Shown here: positions 1 to 8,833 of the stretch, piece after piece
Layout: the number at the start of each line of letters is the position of its first letter
Position numbering within the stretch: position 1 is the first letter of the stretch
Source: Ilumatobacteraceae bacterium
Lineage (GTDB): Bacteria > Actinomycetota > Acidimicrobiia > Acidimicrobiales > Ilumatobacteraceae
DNA length: 64,000 bases
Direction of reading: 5' to 3'
NCBI GenBank assembly: GCA_039921745.1
Contig: JBDSBE010000082.1
Location: 42,418-106,417 of the forward strand
Made by a program: the position numbers and the translations under genes
Notes under the pieces: model-generated
What the model was told of the DNA's origin: nothing
What the model saw: the letters and a program-made list of their open reading frames with translations, nothing else
The model's database searches: none

Positions 1-890
1 CCATCGAACGATCCGAGCGTCGTGATGCGCCAGTACGCCGGGGCATCCGCATTGACCCGGAACAACTCGACGTTGCTCCGGTTGGTGAGCCGCGACTGAA
101 TGTCGACGAGCGGACTGATGATGTTCGTGACACCCCCGCCGCGCCCTTTCGTCTCGTAGAGCGGTTCGGCGTTCGCGCCCGGAATGCGTGGGCCGACGAC
201 CCCGGCGAGCAGGGCGATCGCGAGCGCCGAGGCCAAGGCCGCCGGAATGAACATCGACGGCGTGCGGCGACTCGTCAGCTCGACCCGACGGCTCCGGTCG
301 TGCAGCGCACGCAGGGCGATCACGGCCAGCACTGCGGTCCCGATCAGCAGCGCAGTGCCGGCGATCCGCAGGCGTGGGCTCCCGAGCGCCGAGATGAACA
401 CGAACAGGACACCGCCGGGAACCAGCGACTCACCGCGGGCCTCGGCCCGGAACGCGAACGCGTCGGAGATGACGACGGTGATCACGATCGCGAGACCGGC
501 CAGGGTCGCCCAGCCCGTGCCGTAGAGCACAGGCGCGATCGCGGTCGCGAATTGATCACGCACGAGCCCGAGTTCGAGATCGAGGATCGCTCGGGTCTCA
601 CCGGTCGGCAGCAACCAGCTCAGGGTGTCGCCGTACCGCGACGCGATAAGGACCCACAGCAGGAAGATCAGCAGCAGCGGGGTGGCGATCCATCCGCTCA
701 CCCGCGCCCGACGGAGCGCGAAGGACGCCCCGTGGCCGAGCACGATCAAGAGCCCCAGGTCGGCGAAAAACGCCCAGCCGGAGAACACCCGGGCGAAGCC
801 GGCCGCGACCGCCAGCGAGAACGCCGCCAGCGCCAGCGTCGCCGCCAGATCGCGATCGATCGACGGGCGGTGGTCGTTCGGGCCGCTCAC
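1..890 (-). CDS. Transglutaminase/TgpA (DUF3488)-family membrane protein, N-terminal part; runs off the window edge
   Basis: Read by hand. GTG at 890 overlaps the DUF58 stop (GTGA) and gives MSGPNDHRPSIDRDLAATLALAAFSLAVAAGFARVFSGW..., with several TM segments. Third gene of the usual MoxR-DUF58-TGase triad. The catalytic domain is not in the window. Confidence 0.7.
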   Translation of the reverse strand, partial: MSGPNDHRPSIDRDLAATLALAAFSLAVAAGFARVFSGWAFFADLGLLIVLGHGASFALRRARVSGWIATPLLLIFLLWVLIASRYGDTLSWLLPTGETRAILDLELGLVRDQFATAIAPVLYGTGWATLAGLAIVITVVISDAFAFRAEARGESLVPGGVLFVFISALGSPRLRIAGTALLIGTAVLAVIALRALHDRSRRVELTSRRTPSMFIPAALASALAIALLAGVVGPRIPGANAEPLYETKGRGGGVTNIISPLVDIQSRLTNRSNVELFRVNADAPAYWRITTLGSFD

Positions 891-2080
891 GCCATTGCCT
901 CATCGGTCATGTCGGTGCGGTCGGCCTGGTCGGCCAACCGGTGGATGCTGGTCTGGCCCGCGAGCCGACCCCAGTGATGTCGGAAGGACTCGAGCGTCGA
1001 CGCGTCGACGCTCAGCGGCGACGACGGAGTCGCATGCGTGAACACGCCGATCCGCGTCAGGGTCGGGTCGACGATCCGGTCGGTGCGACGCCACGCGTCG
1101 GTCGCCGGTGACGACGTGACGACGATGACAAGACCCAGACCCTCGCCCGGATCCCGTTCGAGTTCGCCGAGGCTCGGGCCGATCTCGATCGGTGCCAGGG
1201 CCCGCAGGGTGTTGGCGGCCACGTCGGGCCCCCGCAGGTCGATCCCGCCGCCGGTGACGAAGCGCGTCGTCAAGCCGACCCGTTCGGCGCTGACGGTCAG
1301 GCTGCCGGCAGCAGTGACGGCCCGTTCGAACACGTCGAGCGCCTCGTCGGAGTCACCGGCCGGGTACGTGTCGCCGTCACGATCGAGCACGACGATGCAG
1401 CGTCGCACGCCCTGCGCCTCATGCTGGCGCACCTTGAGCCCCTCGGAACGGGCAGACGCCTTCCAGTGGATGGTCCGAGGCTCGTCACCGTCGACGTAGT
1501 CGCGCAGGCTGTGGAATTCACCCGGCCCGACCCGTTGCGACAGCGCCAGCAGATGGCGGCCGAGCACACCGTGGCCGAGCGCCGGCATCGGCAGCTCGAA
1601 CGTCTGCGGCGCAACTGTCAGCTCGGTCACGCCGATCGCAACCCGACGCATGACGGCGAGGCCGAGCAGATCGGTTCGTTCGAGTTCGGCAGGGCCGACC
1701 TCGAGCAGGCCGCGCCGCAGCGCCGGCACGCGGTATCCGGCCGTGACCTCGTCGCCCGACCGCAGCGCCGCGATGGTCATGTGGGCCGTGTTCGACGGGC
1801 CGACCGGTTCGGTGAGGTCGACCCGCGGCGACCGGATGGCCGCACGGTTCTGCACCAGCAGGTCGACACGCCCTGTCTCGCCGACCGTCAGGACAGACGG
1901 ATGCACCCAGCGGGTGATCGCGAGGGCCGGCTTGTGAAGGCGCACGACGGCGACCGCGACACCGACGGCGATCGCGAGCCCGGCTCCGATGACGAACAGT
2001 TCGACGATGCCGAACACGCGCCCGATGACGAGGGCGGCGACGGCGCCGACTGCGATCGTCCATCCCTGCCGGGTGGGCAT
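887..2080 (-). CDS. DUF58 domain protein (MoxR partner)
   Basis: N-terminal TM pair; GEFHSLRDYVDGDEPRTIHWKASAR signature. Confidence 0.9.
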   Translation of the reverse strand: MPTRQGWTIAVGAVAALVIGRVFGIVELFVIGAGLAIAVGVAVAVVRLHKPALAITRWVHPSVLTVGETGRVDLLVQNRAAIRSPRVDLTEPVGPSNTAHMTIAALRSGDEVTAGYRVPALRRGLLEVGPAELERTDLLGLAVMRRVAIGVTELTVAPQTFELPMPALGHGVLGRHLLALSQRVGPGEFHSLRDYVDGDEPRTIHWKASARSEGLKVRQHEAQGVRRCIVVLDRDGDTYPAGDSDEALDVFERAVTAAGSLTVSAERVGLTTRFVTGGGIDLRGPDVAANTLRALAPIEIGPSLGELERDPGEGLGLVIVVTSSPATDAWRRTDRIVDPTLTRIGVFTHATPSSPLSVDASTLESFRHHWGRLAGQTSIHRLADQADRTDMTDEAMA

Positions 2081-2122
2081 CAGCGTGGCACCGTCATCAT
2101 CGGACGCATCTCGTCCGCGCTG

Positions 2123-3082
2123 TCACCGAGCGACCGGGACGGCGACGTCGGCGAGTAGTTCGCGCACGGCGTCCTCGGACGTCGAGCGGGCGTTCCCGCC
2201 CGATTTCAGGACGAGTCGGTGGGCGAGGACTGACGTGGCCACAGCCTTGACGTCATCCGGCGTGGCGTACTCGCGGCCGGCCGCCGCGGCATACCCGCGG
2301 CTCGCGGCGGCGAGTTGGAGCGTGGCGCGCGGCGACAGACCGAGTTCGATCGACGGGTGGCGTCGGCTCGCCTCGGAGATGTCGACCATGTAGGACTTGA
2401 GCGCACTCGCGAGGTACACCGACCGCACCGTCTGGATCATCGACAGCACCTCGTCGATGGTGACGACCGGCTGCAACTCCCTGAGGAGGTCTCCGGTGCC
2501 CTGACCGTCGAGGATCGAGATCTCCGCCGTCCGGCCCGGATATCCGAGTGAGATCCGCAGCAGGAATCGATCGAGCTGGCTCTCCGGCAACCGGTACGTG
2601 CCTTCCTGCTCGACGGGGTTCTGGGTGGCGATCACCATGAAGGGTGGCGAGAGCTGGTGGCTCGTACCGTCGACGCTGACCTGGCGCTCCTCCATCGCCT
2701 CCAGCAGGGCGGACTGCGTTTTCGGTGACGCCCGATTGATCTCGTCGGCGAGGACGATGTTCGCGAACAGCGGGCCGCGCTGGAACCGGAACTGCTCGGT
2801 GGACCGCTCGTAGATGCTGACCCCGACGAGGTCGGTCGGCAGCAGGTCGGGGGTGAACTGGACACGCTTCCACGAGCAGTCGATCGACGCCGCCAATGCC
2901 TTGGCCAGCGATGTCTTGCCGACGCCCGGGACGTCTTCGATCAACACATGACCTTCCGACAGCAGCCCGATCAGCGCGAACTCGATCGCCTGCCGCTTCC
3001 CCTGCACGATCGTGCCGATGTTGGCGGCGACGCTGTCGAACAGCGTGGAGAACGTCGTCGTCGCTTCTGCAGTACCCGTCAC
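2123..3082 (-). CDS. moxR: MoxR family AAA+ ATPase
   Basis: GHVLIEDVPGVGKT Walker A, RVQFTPDLLPTD, LADEINRASPKTQSALLEAM, ATQNP. Confidence 0.95.
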   Translation of the reverse strand: MTGTAEATTTFSTLFDSVAANIGTIVQGKRQAIEFALIGLLSEGHVLIEDVPGVGKTSLAKALAASIDCSWKRVQFTPDLLPTDLVGVSIYERSTEQFRFQRGPLFANIVLADEINRASPKTQSALLEAMEERQVSVDGTSHQLSPPFMVIATQNPVEQEGTYRLPESQLDRFLLRISLGYPGRTAEISILDGQGTGDLLRELQPVVTIDEVLSMIQTVRSVYLASALKSYMVDISEASRRHPSIELGLSPRATLQLAAASRGYAAAAGREYATPDDVKAVATSVLAHRLVLKSGGNARSTSEDAVRELLADVAVPVAR

Positions 3083-3141
3083 GCCGGGAAGCGTAGACGC
3101 TGGCGGCCGTGCGCGGTCCGCGCCGGGGTACGGTGCCCGTC

Positions 3142-4047
3142 GTGAGTGACGGCTTCGTGGCGATCGACCTCAGTCCGAGTCGTCTCGCTGCCGGCATCGT
3201 CGATCCGGCCGGGGAAGTGGTCATTCGCGATCGCCTCGCGACACCTGCACGAAACGTCTGGCCGGCGCTGATCCAGCTCGTGAGGCGCGTGCTGGCGGCG
3301 AATCCGACCGACGTCATCCCCACGTGGGTGGGTGTCACCTGCCCTGGCCCGATCGATCGAGGGACAGGGGCGATGAAGCCCGTCGGCATGCCGCTCTGGC
3401 ACGGCTTCCCGCTCCGACGCGAGTTGGCGGATGTGACCGGTCTCCCGGTCGACATCGAAACGGCCGGGCGGGGTCTCGCCCTGGCGGAGTTGTGGCAGGG
3501 CGAGGCGTCGCTCCTGCCGCCGTCCCGCCAGCAGTTCGCGACGCTCGTGCTGGGCGACGACGCCGACGGCGCGCTCGTGATCGGGGGTCGGCTGGCACAG
3601 GGTCTCACCGGAAATCTCGGCCAGTTCGGCCATCTGATCGTCGAACCGGAGGGTGTCGCGTGCGAATGCGGCGCGATCGGCTGCCTGACGGTGTATGCCA
3701 GTGTGCGCGGGATCGAGGCAAGCATCAACCGGGAGTTGAGACGTACCCCGCCGGCGATCGTGGAGCGGACCGGCATCATGACCGCCCGGGCCTGCGCGTC
3801 GATCGCGGCGACGCTCGACGTGTCCGACATCGTCGTCGGCGGTGCCGTGCCGTCGGTGCTCGGCAGCCCGTTCTTCGACGCGCTCGCCCGCGAGCTCGAT
3901 CAGCGATCCGGACTCTCGCACCTGTCGGGGCTGCGGGTCCGTGGCGTCGGCACGACACGTGTCGGCCCGCTCGTGTCGGCGGCTGCCGTCGCTCGGCACG
4001 CTCGACTCACCGACGATCCGCCGGCGCCCGCATCTACCGAGCAGTAA
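3142..4047 (+). CDS. ROK-family protein with degenerate kinase motifs
   Basis: GVTCPGPID, LPVDIE and GHLIVEPEGVACECGAIGCL Zn motif. Start chosen from TACGGT-N7-GTG. Confidence 0.8.
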   Translation: MSDGFVAIDLSPSRLAAGIVDPAGEVVIRDRLATPARNVWPALIQLVRRVLAANPTDVIPTWVGVTCPGPIDRGTGAMKPVGMPLWHGFPLRRELADVTGLPVDIETAGRGLALAELWQGEASLLPPSRQQFATLVLGDDADGALVIGGRLAQGLTGNLGQFGHLIVEPEGVACECGAIGCLTVYASVRGIEASINRELRRTPPAIVERTGIMTARACASIAATLDVSDIVVGGAVPSVLGSPFFDALARELDQRSGLSHLSGLRVRGVGTTRVGPLVSAAAVARHARLTDDPPAPASTEQ

Positions 4048-4069
4048 CCCGTCGAGTATCGTCGCCCGG

Positions 4070-5290
4070 ATGCGTCCCACCTATACCGCCGATGCTGAGG
4101 CGTACCGACAGAAGGTGCAGGCCTTCCTCGCCGAGAAGTTGCCGGCCGGCTGGGGCGGCATCGGCGGGCTCGAGGGCGAGGAACTCACGGCATTCGTCAC
4201 CGACTGGCGTCGCACCCTCTACGAAGCGGGGTACCTCGCACCGGGGTGGCCGATCGAGTACGGCGGCGCCGGCCTGTCGGCGCTGGAGCAGGTGATCCTC
4301 GCCGAGGAGTTCGTGACGGCCGGTGTGGCGACCGGTGGCCCCAACGACGTGTTCGGCATCCAGATGCTCGGGAACACGATCCTCCTTCAGGGAACCGACG
4401 AGCAGAAGTCGTACTACCTGCCCCGCATCCTGTCGGGTGAGGACACCTGGTGTCAGGGCTACAGCGAGCCGAACGCCGGTTCCGACCTCGCCAACGTGGG
4501 TCTCAAAGCGGAGCTCGACGGCGACCAGTGGGTGCTGAACGGCCAGAAGATCTGGACATCGGCGGGCCATCTCGCGGACCACATCTTCACGCTCGCCCGG
4601 ACCGACCCCGACGCACCCAAGCACCGGGGCATCTCGTTCATCCTCGTCGACATGCGTCAGCCCGGCATCGAGGTCCGCCCGATCAAGATGATCTCCGGCG
4701 ACAGCGAGTTCAACGAGGTGTTCTACACCGACGCAGTCGCCCCGAAGGGGAACGTGATCGGTGCGGTCAACGACGGCTGGCGGGTCGCGATGACCCTCCT
4801 CGGGTTCGAACGCGGCGAGGCCGCCGCGACGGGCCCGATCCAGTTCCAGGCCGAGGTCGACCGGCTCCTGCAACTCGCCAGGGAGCGCGGCGTCTCCGAC
4901 GACCCGGTGATCCGCCAGAAGCTGGCGTGGGCGTACTCGACGGTGCAGATCATGCGGTACAACGGGATGCGGGTCCTCACCGGCTTCCTCCAGGGTCATC
5001 ACCCCGGACCCGACGGTGCGATCTCCAAACTCTTCTGGAGCGAGTACCACAAAGTCGTCACCGAACTCGCCGTCGACATCCTCGGCGCAGATGCGCTCGC
5101 GCCCGAAGGCCGGCATCCGTCGTCGTCGTTCTCGACCGACGACGCCGGCGCACCGAACTCGTCGATGTCGTGGGTCACGACCTTCCTGAACGCTCGCGCC
5201 GGAACCATCTACGCGGGGTCGTCGCAGGTCCAACGCAACATCATCGGCGAGATGGTGCTCGGTCTCCCGAAGGAGCCTCGACCGACGTGA
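4070..5290 (+). CDS. Acyl-CoA dehydrogenase
   Basis: WCQGYSEPNAGSDLA, NGQKIWTS, EFNEVF, TIYAGSSQVQRNIIGE. Confidence 0.95.
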   Translation: MRPTYTADAEAYRQKVQAFLAEKLPAGWGGIGGLEGEELTAFVTDWRRTLYEAGYLAPGWPIEYGGAGLSALEQVILAEEFVTAGVATGGPNDVFGIQMLGNTILLQGTDEQKSYYLPRILSGEDTWCQGYSEPNAGSDLANVGLKAELDGDQWVLNGQKIWTSAGHLADHIFTLARTDPDAPKHRGISFILVDMRQPGIEVRPIKMISGDSEFNEVFYTDAVAPKGNVIGAVNDGWRVAMTLLGFERGEAAATGPIQFQAEVDRLLQLARERGVSDDPVIRQKLAWAYSTVQIMRYNGMRVLTGFLQGHHPGPDGAISKLFWSEYHKVVTELAVDILGADALAPEGRHPSSSFSTDDAGAPNSSMSWVTTFLNARAGTIYAGSSQVQRNIIGEMVLGLPKEPRPT

Positions 5291-5529
5291 TCCGCGTCGC
5301 GGTCGCCGTTGGACGTCACCCTGCGCTGTGGCCGACCGCGATCCGCGCTGCCCGCCGCACCGCCACGCCAGGCTGGTGGCGGCGACCGCCGTTCCTCCCC
5401 GTGCCGTCGGGTGACTATCTCCGGTTCCGGATAGTGACGCAGTACGGCGAAACTGATCGACAGCCCGATCCCGGAGATGTGCTCAACTACCTGGCGTGGT
5501 GCCGGGACTGGGATCGATCGGTCGGCTGA
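5287..5529 (+). CDS. Small hypothetical protein (80 aa)
   Basis: GTG overlaps the ACAD stop. Protein-like sequence WWRRPPFLPVPSGDYLRFRIVTQYG...DVLNYLAWCR (3' end of ORF 4450..5529). Confidence 0.65.
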   Translation: MIRVAVAVGRHPALWPTAIRAARRTATPGWWRRPPFLPVPSGDYLRFRIVTQYGETDRQPDPGDVLNYLAWCRDWDRSVG

Positions 5530-5553
5530 TGACGCCGGCCCGGTGGTGATCGC

Positions 5554-6051
5554 ATGTCGCGCGCCCTGGTCCTGAATGCCACGTACGAACCGCTCGGCGT
5601 CGTGTCGTCGCGCCGAGCGCTCTGCCTGCTGATCGCCGACAAGGCCGAGATGATCGAAGCCAACGATGCCGTCTTCCATTCCGAGAGCCTGACGCTGGCG
5701 AGCCCGGCCGTGGTGCGTCTGAACTACATGGTCAGGGCACCGCGCCGACGGATCGCGTCGGTGTCACGGCGTGCGGTGTTCGCGCGTGATGACTACCGGT
5801 GCCAGTACTGCGGCTCTGGCGCCGACTCGATCGACCACGTCGTACCACGCTCGCGCGGCGGGCTCGACGACTGGGAGAATCTGGCTGCGGCGTGCCGGCC
5901 GTGCAACACCGCCAAGCGCAACCGGACCCCGGCCGAGGCGGGGATGCACCTGCTGCGCCCGTGTCAGGCCCCGCGCACGGCGGCATGGACCATCGTCGGT
6001 GCCGCCGGGGTCCCGGAGGTGTGGAAGCCGTACCTCGCGCTCGCCGGTTGA
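5554..6051 (+). CDS. HNH endonuclease (McrA-like, HNH_5)
   Basis: LVLNATYEPL, RDDYRCQYCG, SIDHVVPRSRGG, WENLAAACRPCN. Confidence 0.93.
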   Translation: MSRALVLNATYEPLGVVSSRRALCLLIADKAEMIEANDAVFHSESLTLASPAVVRLNYMVRAPRRRIASVSRRAVFARDDYRCQYCGSGADSIDHVVPRSRGGLDDWENLAAACRPCNTAKRNRTPAEAGMHLLRPCQAPRTAAWTIVGAAGVPEVWKPYLALAG

Positions 6052-6072
6052 CGTACTCGATACCGTTGCCGT

Positions 6073-6726
6073 GTGGTCGACGTGCTGGTACAGCGGGGGA
6101 CCGTTGCCGAGTTGCACGCCCGCGACCCGTTCGCCGGTGACGGCCCCGACGCCCCGCAGGTCTGGTGGTGCCGCCCCACCGACGATGCCATCGTGCTCGG
6201 TTCACGCCAAACGGCCGACCTCGTCGACCGTGCGGCGTGTGCGCGAGCCGGACTCAGCGTCGTGCGCCGACGGTCGGGCGGGGGTGCCGTCTTGATGCGG
6301 CGCCACGACGTGCACTGGATCGACGTGGTCGTGCCGACCGACGTCGCCCCCGACGACGTGCGGGGCTCGATGGTGTGGATCGGTGAGCGGTGGCGTGCCG
6401 TGCTCGACTCGCTCACCGATCGGGAGTTGGCCGTGCACAAGGGTCCGATGGTTTCGACCGACTGGTCGGACCTGGTGTGTTTCGCCGGCGTGGGGCCGGG
6501 CGAGGTGCTGTGTGGCGGCGGCAAACTGGTGGGCCTCAGTCAAAGGCGTACCCGGCGCGGCATGCGCGTACAGGCGCTGATCTACGGTGCTTCGGTGTCA
6601 CACGAGTACCGCGATCTGTTCGTCGGAACGGTCCCGGATGGCGACCCCGGTGGGCAGGCGTGGGTCGCGGGCCTCGATGGCGCGACGCTCGCGGGCGCCA
6701 TCGCCGAGCGAATCACGCCCGTGTAA
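6073..6726 (+). CDS. Lipoate-protein ligase A family protein (catalytic domain only)
   Basis: VVRRRSGGGAV, CFAGVGPGEV, KLVGLSQRR. Confidence 0.8.
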   Translation: MVDVLVQRGTVAELHARDPFAGDGPDAPQVWWCRPTDDAIVLGSRQTADLVDRAACARAGLSVVRRRSGGGAVLMRRHDVHWIDVVVPTDVAPDDVRGSMVWIGERWRAVLDSLTDRELAVHKGPMVSTDWSDLVCFAGVGPGEVLCGGGKLVGLSQRRTRRGMRVQALIYGASVSHEYRDLFVGTVPDGDPGGQAWVAGLDGATLAGAIAERITPV

Positions 6727-6791
6727 TTCGCGCGGACCGCGCGCAGCACGCCGTTTCCGATCTGGAGCTGATCAGTGACACATCGTCCGAT

Positions 6792-6856
6792 CTCGGGGGT
6801 TATTGGGGGTAATTGGGTTGATTAGGTTGACATCGGTGACCGCGGAGCGTCATACT
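6792..6856 (+). promoter_or_regulatory. Sigma70-type dcw promoter with upstream ~10-bp-periodic G-rich repeats (probable MraZ operator)
   Basis: TTGACA 6827-6832, 18 nt, CATACT 6851-6856. Repeats CTCGGGGG/ATTGGGGG/ATTGGGTT/ATTAGGTT at 6792/6802/6812/6821. Confidence 0.65.
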
Positions 6857-6924
6857 GACGACCACGAGGGGTGCCCATGGCTCTCGGGTGAGGCAGCAGG
6901 TCATGGGACAGAACCTCGGAAGGT

Positions 6925-7401
6925 GTGGGCACGAACGTGTTCGTCGGTGAGTACGACCGCAGTGTCGACGGCAACGGCCGTCTCGCTCTGCCGGCGACGT
7001 TCCGTGACCACCTCGGCAACCGCTGCTACGTGACCGCCCACCCCGATGGATACATCGCGATCACCACCGAGGAGAACTTCGCCCTGATGGCCGAGCTCGT
7101 GCTGGCCGAGGTCCGCAGCGGTGCCCGACCGACGTCGGCCCGCCGCAGCGTGGGACGCGCCTCACAGCTCGCCAGTATCGACAAGCAGTCGCGGATCACC
7201 CTCGACGAGGCGACGCGGCGGCACGCCGGCATCCGGCCCGGGGCCCAGGCGATCATCGTCGGCGCCCTCAACGAGCTGCAGGTGTGGCGGCCCTCGCGTT
7301 TCGCGACGGTCGAGAACGAGCACGGCGAGATCGAACCTGCCCGCGTCTGGAGAGACGAGGACGATCAGGGCGATGACGTGCAGAGCGGAGGATCGGCATG
7401 A
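6925..7401 (+). CDS. mraZ: Division/cell wall cluster repressor MraZ
   Basis: FVGEYDRSVDGNGRLALPA and IDKQSRITL (two DxxxR motifs); first gene of the dcw cluster. Start may be GTG at 6937. Confidence 0.88.
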   Translation: MGTNVFVGEYDRSVDGNGRLALPATFRDHLGNRCYVTAHPDGYIAITTEENFALMAELVLAEVRSGARPTSARRSVGRASQLASIDKQSRITLDEATRRHAGIRPGAQAIIVGALNELQVWRPSRFATVENEHGEIEPARVWRDEDDQGDDVQSGGSA

Positions 7402-8348
7402 GCGAGTTCGAGCACGCACCCGTCATGCGCGACGAGATCGTCGCGTCGCTGCGGCCCGTTCCCGCGGGCGTCGTGCTCGACGCGACCCTCGGTGGAGGAG
7501 GACATGCCGAGGCACTGCTCGAGGACCGCGACGACGTCCGTGTTCTCGGTCTCGACCGCGACCCGGATGCGCTCGACTTCGCGCGCCGACGGCTGTCGCC
7601 GTTCGGTGACCGGGTGATGACCCACCGCTGCCGGTTCGACGCGCTCGACGACGCGATGCAGGCCCACCAGGTCGAGTCTCTCAGTGCCGCGATGTTCGAC
7701 CTCGGCGTGTCATCTCCCCAGCTCGACCGGGCCGAACGCGGATTTTCGTATCGACACGACGGACCGCTCGACATGCGGATGGACACCGACGCACCCTGGT
7801 CGGCCGACGATGTGGTCAACGGGTACGACGAACGACAACTCGCCGACGTGATCAAGCGCTACGGCGACGAGCGGTTCGCCCGACGGATCTCGGCCGCCAT
7901 CGTCGCGGCACGCCCGATCGAGTCGACCAACCGCCTCGCCGAGGTCGTCACCGCCGCGATCCCGGCTCCGGCGCGCCGAACCGGCGGCCACCCGGCCAAG
8001 CGCACGTTCCAAGCAATCCGGATCGAGGTCAACGGAGAACTCGACGCGCTGCCCGAGGCACTCGACAAGGCGATCGACGCGCTCGCTCCCGGCGGCCGAT
8101 TGGCCGTGCTGTCGTATCACTCCGGTGAGGACCGGATCACCAAGGACCGCATTCGCTGCGCCGAGACCGGCGGGTGCGAGTGCCCCCCCGAACTTCCGTG
8201 CGTCTGCGGCGCCGTGCAGACGGTCAGGGTCGTCCGCGGTGTCCCGAAGCGGGCGGGAGCCGATGAGCAGGCAGCCAACCGGCGGGCCAGTTCTGCACGC
8301 CTGCGAATCGCCGAGAAGATCGAACCGAGAACCCGAGGTCAGCGCTGA
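7398..8348 (+). CDS. rsmH: 16S rRNA m4C1402 methyltransferase
   Basis: DATLGGGGHA, DLGVSSPQLD, PLDMRMD, FQAIRIEVN, SYHSGEDR. Confidence 0.97.
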   Translation: MSEFEHAPVMRDEIVASLRPVPAGVVLDATLGGGGHAEALLEDRDDVRVLGLDRDPDALDFARRRLSPFGDRVMTHRCRFDALDDAMQAHQVESLSAAMFDLGVSSPQLDRAERGFSYRHDGPLDMRMDTDAPWSADDVVNGYDERQLADVIKRYGDERFARRISAAIVAARPIESTNRLAEVVTAAIPAPARRTGGHPAKRTFQAIRIEVNGELDALPEALDKAIDALAPGGRLAVLSYHSGEDRITKDRIRCAETGGCECPPELPCVCGAVQTVRVVRGVPKRAGADEQAANRRASSARLRIAEKIEPRTRGQR

Positions 8349-8833
8349 TGGGCATCGCACTCCGTCAACCTGTCTCTTCTCGCCGCAGCCCGGATGCGTC
8401 GGAACCGTCGCGTGCGCTGACGCTCGTCCCGGCACGGCGACGGTTCGCATGGTTCGCGATCTCGCTCACCGTGCTCGTCTCGGCCGTGATGATGGGTGCG
8501 ATCTTCCTCCACACCCGACTCGCCGAACGCCAGCTGCAGATCGACCAGGTGGAACGGTCGGTGCGCACGGCCCAGGAGGACTTCGACGTCCTGCGCTCAC
8601 AGCGTGCCGAACTTCGCTCACCGACCCGCATCTCGGAATCCGCAACCGCACTCGGCATGGAGATCGGATCGGAGAGCGAGTTCGTCGCGATCGACCCGAT
8701 GGTGCTGGCGATCACGATTGCCCAAACCGGTCAGATCCCCGCAGGCGACGAGATCGTCGTCGGGTCCGACCAGCGGCTCGAACCACTCGACCAGTTCCGC
8801 CTCGTCAAGGGCGTCAGTTCGGAGGCGCCATGA
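8348..8833 (+). CDS. ftsL: FtsL-like septum protein
   Basis: Single TM plus coiled coil ending LRSPTRI; lies between rsmH and ftsI. Confidence 0.65.
   Translation: MGIALRQPVSSRRSPDASEPSRALTLVPARRRFAWFAISLTVLVSAVMMGAIFLHTRLAERQLQIDQVERSVRTAQEDFDVLRSQRAELRSPTRISESATALGMEIGSESEFVAIDPMVLAITIAQTGQIPAGDEIVVGSDQRLEPLDQFRLVKGVSSEAP

Noticed and set aside
184-977. Plus-strand ORFs 184..525 and 300..977
   Set aside because: Antisense shadows of the minus-strand transglutaminase-family gene; no motifs
5554-6051. HNH as a homing or mobile element or defence system
   Set aside because: Common stand-alone actinobacterial HNH type; no intron, methylase or repeats nearby
8125-8829. 947-aa version of FtsI in the ORF track
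   Set aside because: The extension overlaps rsmH and ftsL; the ATGA-coupled start at 8830 is more plausible
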